64,000 nucleotides of DNA. It comes from Candidatus Thermosaccharophagus tengchongensis (GTDB taxonomy: Bacteria > Armatimonadota > Fervidibacteria > Fervidibacterales > Thermosaccharophagaceae). Under the pieces are notes generated by a model that saw nothing but the letters and a program-made list of their open reading frames with translations, was not told the origin of the DNA and searched no databases. The stretch lies in assembly GCA_032161105.1 (NCBI GenBank), contig JAVHTD010000002.1; one strand, 5' to 3'. The position numbers and the translations under genes are program-made. Shown piece by piece: positions 37,624 through 47,480 of the stretch. Within the stretch, counting starts at the first letter, position 1, and every line of letters starts with the position of its first letter.

Positions 37624-39741
37624 TCACTTCTGTTTGAACTTCAATGGGCGCCCTTCAACATCGGTTATGCGAAGTGTGGCACACCAACCGCCACCGAAGT
37701 TGATCACCTTAAGGAGCACCGTGTTAATTCCGGGTCTAAGGTGCACCTTGACGACATCTTGGTCAACTGCTGGCGAGCGAGGTTGTGGGTAGCGGTGGAT
37801 GAGCTTTCCATTGAGCCAGCACTTTATGCTATCATCGCTGCCGAACTTGAACAGGGCATCGCACTCACTCTCAACCTCAATCTCGGCATACATGTATGCA
37901 GTCACATTTTGGTTTGGCTTTAGCAACGCCCCGAGGTCAACAAAGCCATCTATGTCATTTGTGCGGTGCCTCTCCCATTTGAGTTCAATGCCATCCACCT
38001 TGACCGTTGCACCCAAGTTGACCTCCTTCTCCGGCGAAAAAACGGCGTCAATATCCGTCCCCTCAAACGGACCTATAATCCACCACGATGTGATGAAGCC
38101 CCTCATTGACGCCAAGTCAAGTTCCGGACGAAGCTTCCTCAATGTTGCAACGACATTGTTAGCTATATCTCTCGGCAGGCTCATCTGGGACAACTTGAGG
38201 AGCATCTGCTCAGCTCTTTCCTTCTGACCCGCCTCTGCAAGTTTGACTGCTATGAGGGCATACGAACGCATTGCATCAACTCCAACGGATGCATCCGTGA
38301 GCAATCCCTCAACCAGCTTAATCGCTTCCTCACTTGTGAGCGCAGCGACTCCCGCAAGTGCTTCACGCACAAGCTCAGCTGTGCGTGCCATTTTCAGCGC
38401 CGCCACAAACATCTTAACGGCGCCAGTTGAATCGCCCTCGTTAACCCTCCTTCGGGCGAGCTCAAGATATGCCTTGAGCGCTATTTCGTGGATCTCATCA
38501 ATCTCGGAAGATGCTGCATTAAGTAGTGTCCCCTCAAGTGCCCTATCTTCAAGCCTTCCAAGGGCATGCAATGCAGCCACTTTTACGGCGTCGCTCTTAT
38601 CGGTTGAGGCTGCTTTGAGTGCATCCATTGCCACCTTATCCTTTCGCGCACCCATGATAAGCACAAGCAATGCCCGCTGCTTTTCGTCGGCTTTCACCAT
38701 CAGCTTTGAAAGCACCCTGCTAACATCCTCACCCTTCATGTTGCTCAAGCAGTTCATTGCCGTCGTGCGGACATGCGCATCTGGATCGCTAAGGCACATT
38801 ACGAGTGGCTCAATAGCGCTCATATCTGCGATTGGGACAATGTGTGTGAGCAATGCCCGTCTGCCCCGCGAATCGCTGACAAGCTTTAGCGCCTCGCAGT
38901 ATGCCTTAACGGCATCACCTTTCCGCCCGCTGAGCATCAGGCGTTCGCTCATCATGAGCAAGCCAGAGAGGGCGCTCCTCCTGACGCGTGCATTTCCATC
39001 CTTTAATCCGTTGAGGAGCAAATCAAGAGCCGCTATTTCGCCGAGCTTGCCGAGTGCTTCAAATGCGGCGCTGCGCACATTCTCATCCGCGCTTTTCGCT
39101 TCACCCATCAGCAACTTGAGCGCTTTCAAATCGCCCCTTTCGCCAAGGGCGTTGATTATGCCGACACGCAGATCGCCCTTCGCCTTCGGGAGCCATTCTC
39201 GCAATGCCTTTAAAGCTGCTTCTGAGGGGTTAGCCTGAAGTGCTTGTCTTGCGCTCTCGGCGAGTTCCTCATCAGCAAGTTGTGCTGATAAGCTCTCGAC
39301 GGCTTCCTCACCGCCAATTATTTGCAGTTGCTCAATGAGGAAGCGCTTTGCCCAATTTGGCAGATCCGTCTTGAGCAATTCGCACAGCGTCATGCTGAGT
39401 TCCTTGCGCTCCTTCACCCTGTCCTTTGCCGCAAACGCCATTGAAAGCCTGTGTATAGCTAACCTGATGCTGCCGTCCTTTCCCTCACCGAGCTGCGGCA
39501 TTAAGCGCACAAGCTGCCTTACGCCATCCATGCCGAGCTTCTGGACTCTCTCAATCGCTTGCTTGCTCAAATTGATATCCTCAGAGACGATGTCCTTGAG
39601 TATGCTCGCTAACGGCTCCTCTAAAACTCCGCCAGCTTCTGTCTCTCCTGCAGCACATGGCATTGCTGGCAGGATTAAAAGCACACATGATATCGTCACC
39701 GTCACCACTGTGATGCTGAGCATCAAGCGCATCACACTCAC
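37624..39741 (-). CDS. Secreted HEAT-repeat protein with C-terminal PA14-like/jelly-roll domain
   Basis: Signal peptide; repeated 'VRxAAxxALGxLG'; tail 'WWIIGPF...GSDDSIKCWLNG...LLKV'. Confidence 0.75.
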   Translation of the reverse strand: MSVMRLMLSITVVTVTISCVLLILPAMPCAAGETEAGGVLEEPLASILKDIVSEDINLSKQAIERVQKLGMDGVRQLVRLMPQLGEGKDGSIRLAIHRLSMAFAAKDRVKERKELSMTLCELLKTDLPNWAKRFLIEQLQIIGGEEAVESLSAQLADEELAESARQALQANPSEAALKALREWLPKAKGDLRVGIINALGERGDLKALKLLMGEAKSADENVRSAAFEALGKLGEIAALDLLLNGLKDGNARVRRSALSGLLMMSERLMLSGRKGDAVKAYCEALKLVSDSRGRRALLTHIVPIADMSAIEPLVMCLSDPDAHVRTTAMNCLSNMKGEDVSRVLSKLMVKADEKQRALLVLIMGARKDKVAMDALKAASTDKSDAVKVAALHALGRLEDRALEGTLLNAASSEIDEIHEIALKAYLELARRRVNEGDSTGAVKMFVAALKMARTAELVREALAGVAALTSEEAIKLVEGLLTDASVGVDAMRSYALIAVKLAEAGQKERAEQMLLKLSQMSLPRDIANNVVATLRKLRPELDLASMRGFITSWWIIGPFEGTDIDAVFSPEKEVNLGATVKVDGIELKWERHRTNDIDGFVDLGALLKPNQNVTAYMYAEIEVESECDALFKFGSDDSIKCWLNGKLIHRYPQPRSPAVDQDVVKVHLRPGINTVLLKVINFGGGWCATLRITDVEGRPLKFKQK

Positions 39742-39773
39742 CCCACTCGGTCAAGTTGAAGTTAGCAGGTTCA

Positions 39774-41072
39774 TCACAGGTGCCATGGTGCTCGGTATGG
39801 TATGTTCACGAACCTATTCGCTTCCTCATCACCGACGAACTGCTCCTTAACCGGATCCCAAATTACCTTTCGCCCAAGCCTAATTGAGATGTTGCCTATG
39901 TGCATTATCGTGGAGACGCGGTGTGACACCTCCGCATTTCCACCGGGCTGCTTCCTCGTTTTGAGCGCTGTCTCAAAGTCAATCAGCGGCTCAGGGTCTG
40001 GGTAACTCTCAAGCTGTTTGAGCAGGTCTGGTGGGTCGGTGCGCCCATCGTTTAACACTTTCCCCTTCGGTCCCTCAATCCAGGGAACATCTGGTGGGTC
40101 TGGCTCACCCCACTCGCCGCTGACGCAGCGTATTATCGTTCCATCACCAAACTTGTAAGTGATCTTGCCCCACAACCTGACTGCGTCTGGGTGTGCTGGC
40201 TCTGCCTCAGCCTCAACTTCAATTGGACCGGGACAGTTCTCATCAAAGCCGAGCATGTAGATTATCGGGTCAAAGTAATGTGCGCCCATGTCGGTGAAGC
40301 CACCGCCGTCGTAATCCCAATAGCCGCGGAAGCTCCCATGGCAGCGATGTGGATGATACGGCTTATATGGTGCCGGGCCAAGCCACATGTTCCAATCAAG
40401 GTTCGGTGGGACTGGCTGTGGTTCAAGATCAATGCGCCCGCTCCACATCTTCACCTTCCAGTTATACTTGTGGTGGTTCATCGTGATGATAAGCGGCTTT
40501 CCGAGGAGATTGCTCGCTATAAGCTTTCGCCACACCCTTGCACCATACCTTCCAAATGTGCCGATGTGAAAGATGACGCCGTGGCGCTTAACAGTGTCAG
40601 CCACAACTCGCCCCTCATAAATGAACCTCGTCATCGGCTTCTCGCAGTAGATGTCCTTTCCAGCCTGTGCCGCATGGATGCATTGAAGCGCATGCCAATG
40701 CGGCGGTGTTGCGATGTAGACGACATCAACATCATCCCTGTCCAATATGTAACGGTAGTCCGTATAGCCGTCGCATTTTGTTCCCGCTTCCTCTGCGATC
40801 TTGAGTGCCCTTGTGAGATGATTTTTGTCCACATCGCAGACTGCAGCCACCCTCACATCCTTTCGGCTCAGCAAGTTGCGCAGGTGACCAGTCCCCATTC
40901 CACCAACGCCTATGACTGCCCGCACGCTCATATCACTTGGGGCTACATTGCCCGTGCGCCTACCGAGGACTTGAGCTGGCACTATTGTCGGTATGGCAAA
41001 TGATGCTGCAGCACCAAAAACGGTATTAATGAACTGGCGCCGAGAAAGCCTTGATGCGCTCTCACCGTGCAT
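39774..41072 (-). CDS. Tat-exported Gfo/Idh/MocA oxidoreductase
   Basis: Twin-arginine 'LSRRQFI', 'IGVGGMG', 'ATPPHWH', 'YCEKPM', 'WLGPAP', 'DMGAHYFD'. Confidence 0.88.
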   Translation of the reverse strand: MHGESASRLSRRQFINTVFGAAASFAIPTIVPAQVLGRRTGNVAPSDMSVRAVIGVGGMGTGHLRNLLSRKDVRVAAVCDVDKNHLTRALKIAEEAGTKCDGYTDYRYILDRDDVDVVYIATPPHWHALQCIHAAQAGKDIYCEKPMTRFIYEGRVVADTVKRHGVIFHIGTFGRYGARVWRKLIASNLLGKPLIITMNHHKYNWKVKMWSGRIDLEPQPVPPNLDWNMWLGPAPYKPYHPHRCHGSFRGYWDYDGGGFTDMGAHYFDPIIYMLGFDENCPGPIEVEAEAEPAHPDAVRLWGKITYKFGDGTIIRCVSGEWGEPDPPDVPWIEGPKGKVLNDGRTDPPDLLKQLESYPDPEPLIDFETALKTRKQPGGNAEVSHRVSTIMHIGNISIRLGRKVIWDPVKEQFVGDEEANRFVNIPYRAPWHL

Positions 41073-41182
41073 TTTCATCACCACCTGAATGGCATGCGTT
41101 GCCTCCCCGTCGTTTGAAATTTTATGGGTGGCAGCGTAATGGCGCAAGGCTTCGCATTTAGATTTGCTCTCTCAATTCGCAC

Positions 41183-42070
41183 CTATCGCCGTATAGTTGC
41201 GGCTTGTTTGAGCAGCGGAAAGCCCAGCTCTTCGCGCTGCTTTATGTAGGCATTGCAGCAAGCCCTCGCAAGGCGTCTCACCCTTGCGATGTATCTCGTT
41301 CTCTCAACGACGCTGAGGACACCCCTTGCATCAAGCAGGTTGAACACATGTGAGCATTTGAGGCAGTATTCAAAAGCCGGTTGAACGAGCCCATGCTCAA
41401 TGATGCGCTCGCTCTCGTGCTCAAACATGTCAAACAGCTTGAAGAGCATTTCGGTGTCAGCCAGCTCAAAGTTGTATTTTGAGCCCTCAACTTCAAATCG
41501 GCGGTGCAACTCCCCATATGTGATGCCGTTTGCCCACTCCAAATCAAAGACGCTGTCAACGCCTTGAAGATACATCGCTATGCGCTCAGGTCCATAGGTT
41601 ATCTCAACGGTGATTGGGTTGAGCTCAATCCCGCCCATCTGTTGGAAGTAGGTGAATTGCGTTATCTCCATGCCATCAAGCCACACTTCCCAACCTATTC
41701 CGGCGGCGCCGAGCGTTGGCGATTCCCAATCATCTTCAACGAAGCGGATGTCATGTTCCTTTGGGTCAATGCCGAGGTATTGCAAGCTGCTCAGATAAAT
41801 GTCTTGGATGTTGTCAGGGGATGGCTTCATGACGACTTGGAATTGATAGTAATGCTGCAACCTATTCGGATTTTCACCGTAGCGTCCATCAGTTGGACGC
41901 CTTGATGGTTGAACATATGCGGCATTCCACGGCTCAGGACCAAGGCAGCGCAACGCAGTTGCAGGATGCATCGTTCCAGCGCCGACTTCCATATCAAACG
42001 GCTGAAGTATGAGGCAACCTTGGTCAGCCCAAAACCGTTGCAACGCCATGAGCAGTTCTTGGAATGTCAC
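41183..42070 (-). CDS. glyQ: Glycine--tRNA ligase alpha subunit
   Basis: 'EVGAGT', '[26 protein letters not shown]', '[12 protein letters not shown]', '[13 protein letters not shown]'. Confidence 0.98.
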   Translation of the reverse strand: MTFQELLMALQRFWADQGCLILQPFDMEVGAGTMHPATALRCLGPEPWNAAYVQPSRRPTDGRYGENPNRLQHYYQFQVVMKPSPDNIQDIYLSSLQYLGIDPKEHDIRFVEDDWESPTLGAAGIGWEVWLDGMEITQFTYFQQMGGIELNPITVEITYGPERIAMYLQGVDSVFDLEWANGITYGELHRRFEVEGSKYNFELADTEMLFKLFDMFEHESERIIEHGLVQPAFEYCLKCSHVFNLLDARGVLSVVERTRYIARVRRLARACCNAYIKQREELGFPLLKQAATIRR

Positions 42071-42486
42071 CGTGCTTCACCTCGCTTTGGAAGCTACAGG
42101 CGTCAGTGTTGAAGAAGCCCTCCAATCGTTCGCGATGCAGCGGTTGCTCCCCCGTTTGCATGGTTTTGAAGTGGCACTCAGCCAAACAACATTATACACA
42201 GGATCACACACTGCGCACACCGCTTTTCGGCACGGCTTAGCTGCCCGATTGAAGATGGCGGCAATGGGCAAAGCACCGCTGCAATGCATCTCGGGAGTCT
42301 GCCACGCAGTCGCGCTTCCTCAGCGCTCGCGGTAGACCGTAACCCCGTCCGCAAAGCGCGCTATGGTGAAATGGAGCGGCGTGATGGCGTGCAATCGCCC
42401 GACATGTATATTTCATCGGCAACGATGTTTAAGCCGTGTTTGTCTAAGCTAACGGACAGCAGGTTTGTTAGGGGAAGGTTTCGTGT

Positions 42487-45400
42487 GTGAGTGCCGCATG
42501 TGAGGATGCTAACGAGGGAGGTGTATCAAGTGTGTGTCAAACCTTCGTTTATAACCCGCTTTGGCGCAAGGTGCGTTTGGCATCCTCACAAAGCGCCCAT
42601 ATGCGCAATGTTCCGAGGAAGAGCCTTCCGCTTTGTGTAGCGGCGCTTGCGTTGATGATGGGCATATCAACTGCTCAGAAGTATACCCTCACCGGGATTG
42701 AATGCGAGCCCGAGTATACGCTCACTTGCACAGTCAAATCAAATGTGGGTTGGGATGCGAAGGCGCAGTTTTACCTCGCTTTCAACTACATTGACGAAAA
42801 GCATTTTTATTACCTCAAACTGAGCCGGCATCCGCAGTCAAAGATGCTGTCCGCGGAGATCTTTAAGGTGAGTCCTGACGGCGAGAGGAAGATCGGCATA
42901 ACTGTCGTTGCATATCGTCCAACAGATCCTCAGGTCAAGCTTGTGCTAAAGCGTCGTCAAATGCGCATCGTCGTCATCTGCAACAATGTGATAGTGGCGA
43001 GGGCTTCAGATGAAGAATACACTTCGGGGCAAATCGGCATCGCGTTTCTCCCCGATGGTGCTTTTCAAGTTAGCGAGTTGCGCATGCAACCTGTTGAAGA
43101 CATCTACTACGGTGATGACTTCACGAGGGCAACTCAGGAGGCTGGCAGTTTTGAATTTGTTGGCGGTGAGTGGAAATTGACCGGCTTGGGGGATCCAACT
43201 GGCAACCCGGATTACAAGGCAAATGCATTTGCGCTGAAGGGCGGTTCAGGCGAGGCTGCCTTCGCAGCCTTCGGATATTGGTTTTGGGATAATTACCTGG
43301 CGAAGGTTTCCGTCAAGCCAGTTCGCGCAAACGCCGTCGGGATATGCGCCTTCTATCAAGACGAGCGAAACTACATCCTGCTGCGCTGGACGAACATACT
43401 ATCAGCCGATGGCGGAAGATGTGAACTTGTTGAGGTTGTTGATGGCAGGGCAAAGGTGCTCGCGTCAACCCCCGCTAACCTCAATAACCCGATTGGGTTC
43501 GTTGAAGGGAGATGGTATTCTTTGAGCCTTTGCGCCACAGACGATTTTCTCATCGGCTCAATAGATGATGTCCCCGTAGTCACCGCTCGCTCAATAAGCT
43601 TTGGGCAGGGCAAAGTCGCACTTTATGTTGATGGGTGCAAGGAAGCCTACTTTGATGACATAGAGGTGAGCACATGGAGGCACTTCCATGATGACTTCAT
43701 CAGCCGTTCTCTCTCGGATTGGAAAGTTTGGGACGGCATGTGGATGATCAAAGGTGGCGTTGTGAATGGGCAAGGTAAGGTGGCATACTTAGCCACGGGC
43801 ACGAGGGGTTGGTTCAACTATGAAGCATCGGCTTCTGTGGCATGGATTAATGGGGCAGTCGGTATAGCCTTCCTCTGCCAAGACAAAAATAGGCATTACC
43901 TTATGCGGTGCCTCCCGAGAGGCGATGAAGCCATCGTGACGCTGTCGCTCGTTGAGAATGGCAACTTGCGTGTGCTTTCAACCGGGAGGGCTAAACCGTG
44001 GGATGGAAACAAATGGCACATGCTTAAAGTGGTCGCCAAGGATTACGGTGTGCTGGAGGCATTCGTTGATGGACACATTGTTACGCGGGCGTTTGATGTG
44101 TCTATCAGGAGCGGCGGCATCGCTCTGTATTGCGAGGGCAGCGCAAACTTCGGTGATGTGTGGGTGTATTTCCTTGAGCCAAGATACAAGGAGCCGCCAG
44201 TTGCAAGACAGTTCATCAAAGAGGAATACATGCTCTCATGGGCTACAAGCAGGGGCATGTGGAGTGTCAGTCAAAGCGACGGTTGGTTCACATACTGGTG
44301 CAATGGACGGTTCTATGGTGATGGCAAAAAGTTTGGCGAGACCGAAATTGAGTTTGACTGGCTGCGAGCCTTGCAATATTGCAGGGAGCTTGAGTTCTCA
44401 TTTGGGGCAAGCGGGAGGGAATTTAACAGCGGCGCACGATTGAAGATTTCACAGCTTGACCATCCACTGCAGATTCGCTTCGTCATACAGCGCGGCGATA
44501 ATGTGCTTTCCCAAAGTGATTGGAAGGGCAGTCGTGATCATAAGGGGAGTTTGCTCGTGCGCTTAATAGCTTCTTCAGGATACATTGTCGTATTGGTGGA
44601 AGGCGAGCCCGTCATTCACGCCTTATTTGATGATTGGCTTTCTGGCAACGAACTCGCTATAAGGGTTAGCGGACGCCCGATTGACATCACGCTGTTTAAG
44701 TTGCGCCCGTCAAATTTGATTGACACAACCTTCTGGCGTGCCCCGGTTGAATTTTATCCGGTGCGAGGGACTTGGGATATTGTCCCGCGATGGCCGTGTG
44801 AAGTTGATTGGTCTTGGTTTGGTGGGCTTGAGGATAGGGTGCCGGTTGTGTGGACGAAGCTCAGGTTTATCGGTGACTTGGTGATAGAGTTCTATGGGAA
44901 CATCGGAATGGACTTGCCAAAGGAACCGGGATACAGCCGTCCAAGCGACATCAACATCTCGTTTTGTGGTGACGGGATTAACTTAAACAGCGGCTACTCT
45001 TTCATCTACTCAGGTTGGGATAATTCCCGCAGCGCGCTGCTCAAGGGTGACAGAGCGCTCTCTGAGAGCACACAACACCATTTTCTCTTCCCGCACAACC
45101 ACAACTTCTCGTTCCATCAGCGTTGGTTTTACATCCGCATTGAGAAGGTGGGCACGCAGATAAGATGCTATGTCAATTCGCCCGAGACGAAGAGCGAAGA
45201 GCTCGTCTGTCATGTCACCGATAACAATGTGCTTCCTGGTGGGCATATCGCTCTTTGGAGCTATCACAACATACTTCTCGTTGCTCGCCTGCGAATTTGG
45301 TATGAGCAATGCAAGCCATCCCTTGATTACATCGGTCTTTTGAAGCCATTGGCGGTGGCGCGGAGGCAAAAGCAGGAACTCGCTCAGGTCGCATCGCAAG

Positions 45401-45936
45401 ATCCGAACAACGACTTTGAAGCCGGACTAAAGGGTTGGACACCATTGCGGGATAGTAACGAGGTGATACTTGAGCGCGATGCTACTACGAAAGCTGGCGG
45501 GAAGTATAGCTTGAGGATAACGAATGCCATAAACGGTGGTCACTTTGGTGTGAGAGCCTTTCACGGGCAGTTGGACTTGAAGTCGCGACCGATGTTGAGC
45601 TTCGCATACCGCATACCACAAGGCGTGAAAGTCAACCTATACTTCAGGCGCGGCGATGTGTGGTATGCGCTGATACTGACGGGTGATGATGTGCTCCCAA
45701 TGGACTTGAGGATGAAGATACTCGGCAGGATTGCAGATGCGCAAGCCGACAACAGTTGGCGCTGGGTTAAGTTCAACCTGCTTGAGGCTTTCAGGAGAAT
45801 TGAGCCGAATTTGCCCAACTACATCGTTGAGGAAATAGTCATTGGCGAACTTAATGACCCGCCATACCTGCAAGCTGGCTTTGGGGGTAACAAAGCTGGC
45901 GCCTGTTATTACATTGACGAGTTCATCATTCGGTGA
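42487..45936 (+). CDS. Large secreted protein with several ConA/LamG (DUF1080-like) beta-sandwich domains
   Basis: Hydrophobic signal near 'LCVAALALMMGISTA'; repeated 'DDF...W...G.W', 'WY/WH.L', 'G.IAL', 'FDDIEV'. Exact start uncertain (42487, 42532 or 42601). Confidence 0.55.
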   Translation: MSAACEDANEGGVSSVCQTFVYNPLWRKVRLASSQSAHMRNVPRKSLPLCVAALALMMGISTAQKYTLTGIECEPEYTLTCTVKSNVGWDAKAQFYLAFNYIDEKHFYYLKLSRHPQSKMLSAEIFKVSPDGERKIGITVVAYRPTDPQVKLVLKRRQMRIVVICNNVIVARASDEEYTSGQIGIAFLPDGAFQVSELRMQPVEDIYYGDDFTRATQEAGSFEFVGGEWKLTGLGDPTGNPDYKANAFALKGGSGEAAFAAFGYWFWDNYLAKVSVKPVRANAVGICAFYQDERNYILLRWTNILSADGGRCELVEVVDGRAKVLASTPANLNNPIGFVEGRWYSLSLCATDDFLIGSIDDVPVVTARSISFGQGKVALYVDGCKEAYFDDIEVSTWRHFHDDFISRSLSDWKVWDGMWMIKGGVVNGQGKVAYLATGTRGWFNYEASASVAWINGAVGIAFLCQDKNRHYLMRCLPRGDEAIVTLSLVENGNLRVLSTGRAKPWDGNKWHMLKVVAKDYGVLEAFVDGHIVTRAFDVSIRSGGIALYCEGSANFGDVWVYFLEPRYKEPPVARQFIKEEYMLSWATSRGMWSVSQSDGWFTYWCNGRFYGDGKKFGETEIEFDWLRALQYCRELEFSFGASGREFNSGARLKISQLDHPLQIRFVIQRGDNVLSQSDWKGSRDHKGSLLVRLIASSGYIVVLVEGEPVIHALFDDWLSGNELAIRVSGRPIDITLFKLRPSNLIDTTFWRAPVEFYPVRGTWDIVPRWPCEVDWSWFGGLEDRVPVVWTKLRFIGDLVIEFYGNIGMDLPKEPGYSRPSDINISFCGDGINLNSGYSFIYSGWDNSRSALLKGDRALSESTQHHFLFPHNHNFSFHQRWFYIRIEKVGTQIRCYVNSPETKSEELVCHVTDNNVLPGGHIALWSYHNILLVARLRIWYEQCKPSLDYIGLLKPLAVARRQKQELAQVASQDPNNDFEAGLKGWTPLRDSNEVILERDATTKAGGKYSLRITNAINGGHFGVRAFHGQLDLKSRPMLSFAYRIPQGVKVNLYFRRGDVWYALILTGDDVLPMDLRMKILGRIADAQADNSWRWVKFNLLEAFRRIEPNLPNYIVEEIVIGELNDPPYLQAGFGGNKAGACYYIDEFIIR

Positions 45937-45980
45937 CGCTTGTTTCAAAAGCAAGTTTGCACGATATGGATGGCGCGCTT

Positions 45981-45995
45981 CGTGATATAATCACG
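45981..45995 (+). promoter_or_regulatory. Extended -10 promoter of fba inside a palindrome
   Basis: TGaTATAAT (45983-45991) lies within CGTGAT-ata-ATCACG. Confidence 0.5.
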
Positions 45996-46043
45996 CGCGG
46001 TGATGTGGGGCGTAAAATTCCGCCACAAAGGAGGTAGTGAGAA

Positions 46044-47228
46044 ATGCATAAGTTGCACGATGGCGGTATACCGCCTGTGAATGAGCTTTCATTTGAGACC
46101 AATCCGTATCTCAAGCGCATCAAGGATACCCATTTGCTCAACCTCCGCCCGATACTTGAAGTTGCTGACAAGCACGAGTTCGGCGTGCTCGCTGCAAACT
46201 GTCTTCGCCCGGAGATAACGAGGGGTGTGCTGAGGGCAGCATTTGATTTGAACTCGCCAGTTATCATCCAAGTGGCGGAGTCGCAAGTCTCATACGCTCT
46301 TGATGGATGGTTCTCCGGGAGCAAGTTTGATCGGCTAAATGCGTTTGCGGAATTTGTCGCAAAGGAAGTTGAGAGATTGTGGGACGAGAAGGGCTATCTC
46401 ATTCCGATTGCGCTTCACCTTGATCACCTCCAGAATGATGATGAGCTTGCATTTGATGCATTGCGTGCTGGCTTCACATCAGTTGAGCTTGACTTCTCAA
46501 AGTATCCCCCCGATGTTGATAGGGAGCATGGTGTTGAGATGAACATTGAGCGCTGCTCAAAGATCATCCCGGAGTTGCACAAGCATGGTGTCACAGTTGA
46601 GGTTGAGGAGGGCGAGATTGGTGAAGCTGCAGTTAGGGCTGCACAAAGTGAAGAGGAGATCTTGAAGGAGTTCACCAAGCCGGAGCACGCAGTAAGGTTG
46701 ATTGAAGGCACGAATGGCGATGCTATAGCTATCTTTGTTGGAAGCGCTCATGGTTGGTATCTTCGCCGCCCAATCATAGGTTATAGGAGGATGCGGGAAA
46801 TTGACATTGCCATTAGGGAGAGGGGCTTCTTTGCGCCAATCGTCCTTCACGGAGGCACTGGCTTAAGCTATGATGCCGTGCACAAGGCTATAGGTGCTGG
46901 TGCTCGCAAGTTCAATTATGCCACAGCGCTTGCTGATATCTTCCTGCGGACAATTGAGAAAGACCCATCCGGAAAGGGCGCAGAGATCGTCCAAAAGATG
47001 GCTGAGACTGAGAAGCAGGAGTCCGAGGCAAAGGGCAGGAAGCCGCGCGGCGCAAGGTATGTGATAGGAAAGTTTGCCGAGGAGATCAACAAGCTCTCTC
47101 ATTCAGTTCTGCAGGCTGCCGAAGATGCCGTCTATGAGCATGTCCGTGATATGATCACAAATGCATACGGCAGCAAGGATAAGGCGCCGCTTTATGGGAG
47201 CAACTTTGGAAGGTGTCCGCTTGAGTAG
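46044..47228 (+). CDS. fba: Class II fructose-bisphosphate (or related) aldolase
   Basis: 'SPVIIQ', 'LHLDH', 'VEVEEGEIG', 'GSAHG', 'VLHGGTG'; AAGGAGG SD. Confidence 0.85.
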   Translation: MHKLHDGGIPPVNELSFETNPYLKRIKDTHLLNLRPILEVADKHEFGVLAANCLRPEITRGVLRAAFDLNSPVIIQVAESQVSYALDGWFSGSKFDRLNAFAEFVAKEVERLWDEKGYLIPIALHLDHLQNDDELAFDALRAGFTSVELDFSKYPPDVDREHGVEMNIERCSKIIPELHKHGVTVEVEEGEIGEAAVRAAQSEEEILKEFTKPEHAVRLIEGTNGDAIAIFVGSAHGWYLRRPIIGYRRMREIDIAIRERGFFAPIVLHGGTGLSYDAVHKAIGAGARKFNYATALADIFLRTIEKDPSGKGAEIVQKMAETEKQESEAKGRKPRGARYVIGKFAEEINKLSHSVLQAAEDAVYEHVRDMITNAYGSKDKAPLYGSNFGRCPLE

Positions 47229-47266
47229 CATTCACAGGCATGCCCAAATGCTAATCTGTAGATGGA

Positions 47267-47297
47267 CGGGCGGCTCATAAGCCGCCCGATGTTTTTT
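47267..47297 (+). terminator. Rho-independent terminator after fba
   Basis: cgggcggct-cata-agccgcccg stem followed by atgtttttt. Confidence 0.75.
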
Positions 47298-47480
47298 GAT
47301 AGATGCGGTGTTGTGATAAAAGCGATGGTGCGCCATCTGATATGATGAGGTAGTGGTGGAAAGCCCTGCGATACTGACGCCGCTTAAACAGGTTGTATGG
47401 ATGGGTTAAGAGGGCGTGTTACAGCGTATGGGTGAAAAGTTGACGAAGGAATCTTGGTGGCTATGGTGGGGGTGGGTGGC

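Noticed and set aside
38243..39850. Long plus-strand ORFs of 331 and 171 aa
   Set aside because: Ser/Ala-rich antisense shadows of the HEAT-repeat gene.
42320..42350. Possible T-box upstream of glyQ
   Set aside because: Only a partial resemblance (ggtctaccgcg); no stem I or terminator seen.
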